Of a stretch of DNA of 64,000 bases, positions 59,996 through 64,000 are shown piece after piece; within the stretch, counting starts at the first letter, position 1; each line of letters begins with the position of its first letter. Origin of the DNA: Armatimonadota bacterium (GTDB taxonomy: Bacteria; Armatimonadota; SYMT01); NCBI GenBank assembly GCA_041690135.1, contig JAWLHY010000021.1, positions 1-64,000 of the forward strand, given 5' to 3'. The translations under genes and the position numbers were made by a program. The notes below the pieces were generated by a model, which was given only the letters and a program-made list of their open reading frames with translations, was not told where the DNA came from and ran no database searches.

Positions 59996-61687
59996 ATGGA
60001 AGCACCCGAGTCGACACTGCCCCCGGTGGAGCTTGCCGCCGAACTGAACCCGGACCCCAGTGCGAACTGGGTGCTGCAGCCGGACCTGCCGCTCCACTTT
60101 GACCTGGAGACGTTCAGCCTCTGTGGCGTGCGACTGGGGGATCCGGCCGATAGCCTCTCCTTTCTGGGGCCGGCGGAGGACCGCGCCCTGGCCCGGGAAG
60201 GGCGCCTCTTCTATTACTCCATCGGGCTGGAAGTACTGGTAGAAGAGGGGAAGGTCGCGCTCTACCGCATCATCTGGCGCGACGAAGCGGCGGAAGGGTT
60301 CAACCCCTATCCGGGCCGGTGCGTCAAGCACGAGCCTCCGGTGGAAGTCGAGACCGACACCTCCGAACTGGGGATCCGCCGGGCGTTCGGCGGGCCGTTC
60401 TTCAAGGAAACCGACAATCAGGGCGTCGTCGTCTTTTACGAGGCGGGCGAGTATGGGTGGGACGTCGAGTTCAACCTGAAGGGATCGATCAAGCAGTTTA
60501 CGGTCTACTCCCCACCACTGACCGAAGAAGAGAAGAAGGCCCTGCAGCCGCGCTCCGAAGAAGAAGAGGAGGAGGACGAGGCGCCGGAACCGGACCGGAC
60601 CGTGCTGCAGGAGATCGGGCAGCTCCTGCTCTGGCCCTTCCTGCCCTATTTGCTGGTCGTGCTGACGGTGATCTTCGGCTCTACTTTCCAGGGGCTGCGC
60701 CGCATCCACCAGTTTGTGAAGCACGGCGTCCCGGCCCAGGCGACTATCGTCCGGCAGGAAGAGACGCCCCTTCAGAGTGGTAAGGTAGCGAAGACGTTCA
60801 TCTACCTCTACCGGGACCAGAAGGGCCAGGTACATACCAGCCGCGTCTCCGCGGAGGCCGCACAGCGCCTGGGGCGCCAGGTGGGGGACCACTTCGAGCT
60901 GACTTACGACCGGAGGGACCCGGGCGACCACGTCCGCAGTCGCGTCAGTGCGGCGTCGCTGCGCACCGGCCTCAAGAATGCAGCGCTCTTCGTGACCATC
61001 GCCGTGGTTCCAGTCTTCCTGCTGACAGTCGGGGCGGGGTTTTACCTGGTCTATCAACGGAGACACCCGCGCCCGGCTCCCGCGAAAGTCGATAGGCCGC
61101 TTCCATCCGTTGTACCGTTTGCCGCCCCGACGCCGCAGCCGAAGCGGCGACGGGATACCTTCTGGTTGATCGTCCAGGTTTTCGCCGGCCTATGTACGCT
61201 GGTTGCCCTCCAATTGTTCTGGATCGGGGTCAATGAGTCGCGGGCCTACCAGCGGATGTGGGAGCGGGGTGCGCCGGGAGAAGCAGCCATCGTGCGAATG
61301 GTACGGGTTCCTTCTGCCCCCGGAGTGGAAGAGTACGAAGTCGTCTACCAGTACACCGACCGGAACGGAGAGGACCACGTGTGCGCTACTCGCGCACGGA
61401 AACAAGAAGACCGGTATTACATCGCGTATTACCAGATGACGAACCCAATCTTCGGCAAGAAATGGCCGGAATGGGTCCGGGCGCCGGAACTGGGCGTGGG
61501 CAAGAAGTTAATCGTCTCCTACTACCAGGACGACCCGGCGACCCACCTCCCGTTCCTGATGAGCGAAGACCTGATGGGCCGCCCCATCATGAGCGCCGTC
61601 CGCGTCGGCTTCTCGCTTCTCTCCACCCTGGTCTGCTTCTTCACCTGCTTCTTCGGCATCGGCTACCTCGTCACTCTCAAACGTTAA
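59996..61687 (+). CDS. Membrane protein with two DUF3592-like domains
   Basis: Twice TM-(GxxxxAxIV...YxYxDxxG...VG....YD/QxDP)-TM; soluble N-terminal domain; poly-Glu linker; start uncertain. Confidence 0.7.
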   Translation: MEAPESTLPPVELAAELNPDPSANWVLQPDLPLHFDLETFSLCGVRLGDPADSLSFLGPAEDRALAREGRLFYYSIGLEVLVEEGKVALYRIIWRDEAAEGFNPYPGRCVKHEPPVEVETDTSELGIRRAFGGPFFKETDNQGVVVFYEAGEYGWDVEFNLKGSIKQFTVYSPPLTEEEKKALQPRSEEEEEEDEAPEPDRTVLQEIGQLLLWPFLPYLLVVLTVIFGSTFQGLRRIHQFVKHGVPAQATIVRQEETPLQSGKVAKTFIYLYRDQKGQVHTSRVSAEAAQRLGRQVGDHFELTYDRRDPGDHVRSRVSAASLRTGLKNAALFVTIAVVPVFLLTVGAGFYLVYQRRHPRPAPAKVDRPLPSVVPFAAPTPQPKRRRDTFWLIVQVFAGLCTLVALQLFWIGVNESRAYQRMWERGAPGEAAIVRMVRVPSAPGVEEYEVVYQYTDRNGEDHVCATRARKQEDRYYIAYYQMTNPIFGKKWPEWVRAPELGVGKKLIVSYYQDDPATHLPFLMSEDLMGRPIMSAVRVGFSLLSTLVCFFTCFFGIGYLVTLKR

Positions 61688-62445
61688 CGCAAGCCGCGGC
61701 CGTCGACGCCGATTTGCTCGCCGCTGACCTGGGAGGCTTCGTCCGACACGAGGTAGAGCACCAGGTAGGCGGCGTCTTCCGGAACCTGGTGGCGGCCCAG
61801 GGGCATGCGCTGTGCGGCCTCCTCCAGCCAGGCGGCGTCGTGACCCTCTTTCGCCTGGATCTCCACTTCCGTTTCGGTGATGACCCAGCCGGGATTGACG
61901 AAGTTGACCCGGATGCGGTCCTTCGCCAGCGCGTTCGCCAGGTTGCGGGTCATGGTGATCATGCCACCCTTGGAGACGGAGTAGGCGAACAGGTTGGTCT
62001 GGCCCACGTAGGCGTTGGCCGAGCCGATGTTCACGATGCACCCGCCGCCGTTTCGACGCAACTCCGGCACGGCGTGCTTGCAGCAGGAGAACGCCCCCTT
62101 GAGGTTCACGTCGAAGATCCGATCCCACAGTTCCGAAGTGGTCTCTTCCAGGGTGGCGCGCGGAAAGATGCCGGCATTGTTGACCAGGGCATCCAGCTTC
62201 CCAAAGGCGGCCACCGTACCGGCTACCAGCGATCGGCAGTCGTCCTCGACTGTGACATCGGTACGGATAAACAGGGCCTCGCCTCCCGCTTGCCGAATGG
62301 CGGCGGCAGCCTCTTCCCCGGCTTCCGCGTTCCGGTTGGCAACCACCACGCGGGCGCCTTCCTTCGCAAGGATCTCGGAGATCCCGCGTCCGATGCCGGC
62401 CGCGCCGCCGGTGACAATCACGACCTTGCCGTCAACTCGACCCAT
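61684..62445 (-). CDS. SDR oxidoreductase
   Basis: TGGAAGIG, NNAG, NIGS, YSVSK, VNPG. Confidence 0.93.
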   Translation of the reverse strand: MGRVDGKVVIVTGGAAGIGRGISEILAKEGARVVVANRNAEAGEEAAAAIRQAGGEALFIRTDVTVEDDCRSLVAGTVAAFGKLDALVNNAGIFPRATLEETTSELWDRIFDVNLKGAFSCCKHAVPELRRNGGGCIVNIGSANAYVGQTNLFAYSVSKGGMITMTRNLANALAKDRIRVNFVNPGWVITETEVEIQAKEGHDAAWLEEAAQRMPLGRHQVPEDAAYLVLYLVSDEASQVSGEQIGVDGRGLR

Positions 62446-62612
62446 GTCTTTCCTTCTCTCTTGGAATTGGATTGGCCGCAAATCGCTTCGGTTCAACTTT
62501 ATCTCTCATTGCAGAACCACCACGTAGTTCCTCGGAGTTGAAGACGTCTTCGTGTCATTGCGAGACCGGCGAGACCGTTATAGTGCAGTGACGGTGTTGG
62601 GCCAGAACAGCG

Positions 62613-62659
62613 AACGGGGCAGCGGCCGCACGAAAAACTTGTGCGGTCGCTGCCCCGTT
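62613..62659. terminator. 19-bp hairpin, probable terminator
   Basis: AACGGGGCAGCGGCCGCAC-gaaaaactt-GTGCGGTCGCTGCCCCGTT. Confidence 0.65.
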
Positions 62660-62724
62660 GAGACCAAAGACTTCCGGCGGGTTCAGACCGGTTATGGCCG
62701 CCGGAGGCTAAAATAGGGTGTTGT

Positions 62725-63018
62725 TTATCCCTGTGGCGTCCAGTCGCGGAAGAGGCGCGCCAACGAGGTTCGCCGGATGCGGCGCACGCGCGGCTGGCGA
62801 GCCAGTCGGCCCCGGTTGTGACCTACCGCCTGCCGCTCCATGTAGAAGCGTGGGCGGGAAACCATCCCCCAGGCAACAAGGGTATCGCGGACCTTCCAGT
62901 AGATTTTCTGCGCCGACATAGTCAACCTCATCTTGGAAACCAGATGCCGAAAACTCCCACTCCGGATGCCACTGCAAACCACTGTTTGCATCTTACCGCC
63001 GGCCTGGTCGGTTGTCAA
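62725..63018 (-). CDS. Small basic hypothetical protein
   Basis: 97-aa ORF fills an otherwise empty gap and is followed by a strong hairpin; no motif recognised. Confidence 0.35.
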   Translation of the reverse strand: MTTDQAGGKMQTVVCSGIRSGSFRHLVSKMRLTMSAQKIYWKVRDTLVAWGMVSRPRFYMERQAVGHNRGRLARQPRVRRIRRTSLARLFRDWTPQG

Positions 63019-63193
63019 GTGAAGTTCGATAATTTTGTTTGCGTATCCTGGCGCTGGGTGAGCCCCTGGTTACTATCTTCCCCGCTTTCGGGCTGCCGAA
63101 AACATCCTGAACGCCTGTTCCGTAGCCTGACCAGCAGGAATATCGCTCAATTCTGGGGCAATTTCAACTCGCATGCCCACCAGGTAGGCCGTT

Positions 63194-63820
63194 ATGACAC
63201 ACTCTGACACCTCTCCCGATCCGCTTTCCCACCTCACGCGCCCCTTCCGCGGCGCGATCTTCGACTGCGACGGCACGCTGGCCGATACGATGGAGCTGCA
63301 CTACCGCGCCTGGGTGCAGGCCCTGAAGGAGCGCAATGCGCACATGTCGGAACAGCTCTTCTACGACCTGGCAGGCGTACCCACCGCCCACATCGTCGAG
63401 ATCCTCAACGAGCGGTTCGGCTTCACCCTGGACGTGCATGAAACGGCGGAAGCGAAGGAGGCGCTCTATGAAGAGCTCCTGCCGCAGGCAACGCCGATCG
63501 AGCCGGTGGTGGCGCTGGTCCGCGAGTATCACGGCCGCTATCCGCTGGCGGTGGCTTCCGGAGGCATCCGGCGACTGGTGGACCGCACGGTGCGCGCGCT
63601 GGAGCTGTACGAGCACTTCGACGCCATCTGCACCGCGGAGGATGTGGCGCGTGGCAAGCCGGAGCCGGACCTGTTCTTGCATGCGGCACGTCTCCTCGGC
63701 GTGCCGCCGGAAGAGTGCGTGGTGTTCGAGGATAGCGACCTGGGCCTGGAGGGCGCCCGTCGTGCCGGGATGCAGGGCGTCGACATCCGGCCGTGGTTGA
63801 AGCAGAAGAAAGCGGAGTAA
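63194..63820 (+). CDS. HAD-family sugar phosphatase (YqaB/beta-PGM-like)
   Basis: IFDCDGTLADT, VASG, GKPEPD, VFEDSDLG. Confidence 0.93.
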   Translation: MTHSDTSPDPLSHLTRPFRGAIFDCDGTLADTMELHYRAWVQALKERNAHMSEQLFYDLAGVPTAHIVEILNERFGFTLDVHETAEAKEALYEELLPQATPIEPVVALVREYHGRYPLAVASGGIRRLVDRTVRALELYEHFDAICTAEDVARGKPEPDLFLHAARLLGVPPEECVVFEDSDLGLEGARRAGMQGVDIRPWLKQKKAE

Positions 63821-63821
63821 C

Positions 63822-64000
63822 ATGGCCGGCCCGGCATCCCCCCTGCTCCGAGAACGCCTGGAGTTCCCCTTTCCCGCGACGGAAACCCACGCGGGAATTC
63901 CGCTCTCGAACGGCACGTTCGGCGCCCTGGTCTGGGGCGAAGGTCGCACCCTCCGCATTACGGTCAACCGCGCCGACTACTGGGACCACCGGGGTGGACT
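63822..64000 (+). CDS. Partial glycoside hydrolase, GH95-like N-terminus (runs off the window)
   Basis: Manual translation MAGPASPLLRERLEFPFPATETHAGIPLSNGTFGALVWGEGRTLRITVNRADYWDHRGG resembles the P(L/I)GNG..GA.VWG...D.WD motif. Confidence 0.65.
   Translation, partial: MAGPASPLLRERLEFPFPATETHAGIPLSNGTFGALVWGEGRTLRITVNRADYWDHRGG

Overview
This is a high-GC, gene-dense bacterial window of about 42 CDS. The DUF1559 pseudopilin signature ([13 protein letters not shown]), the stalk/Gmad2 and VanW proteins and the planctomycete-type cytochrome proteins suggest an Armatimonadota-like organism (inference). Core content: a sahR-ahcY SAM-cycle operon with a candidate autoregulatory operator, ispG, several ABC components including a GldA/F/G-DUF4340 operon, three sulfatase-fold proteins, alpha/beta hydrolases, a sugar-acid SDR/Zn-dehydrogenase/EamA cluster, two secreted proteins made only of beta-sandwich repeats, a DUF1549/DUF1553 plus cytochrome c-WD40 pair, and a LacI-DUF1559 unit. 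No rRNA, tRNA, CRISPR array or intact IS element was recognised. The most notable signals are: (1) a 3 x 162-bp array of structured repeats with two alternative folds and G-U-compatible substitutions (56697-57182); (2) a thioester alpha-2-macroglobulin gene cluster paired with VanW and an unknown polytopic membrane protein instead of PBP1C; (3) two Rpn nuclease paralogs, each with an in-frame internal RBS/ATG (gene within a gene), one apparently starting at CTG; (4) a perfect 36-bp palindrome made of three 12-bp LacI-type operators; (5) a secreted catalytic-domain-only copper amine oxidase with an altered TPQ motif; (6) several dispersed mini-repeat families, one of which has rewritten gene C-termini. 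All protein family calls come from motif recognition by eye, not from database searches.
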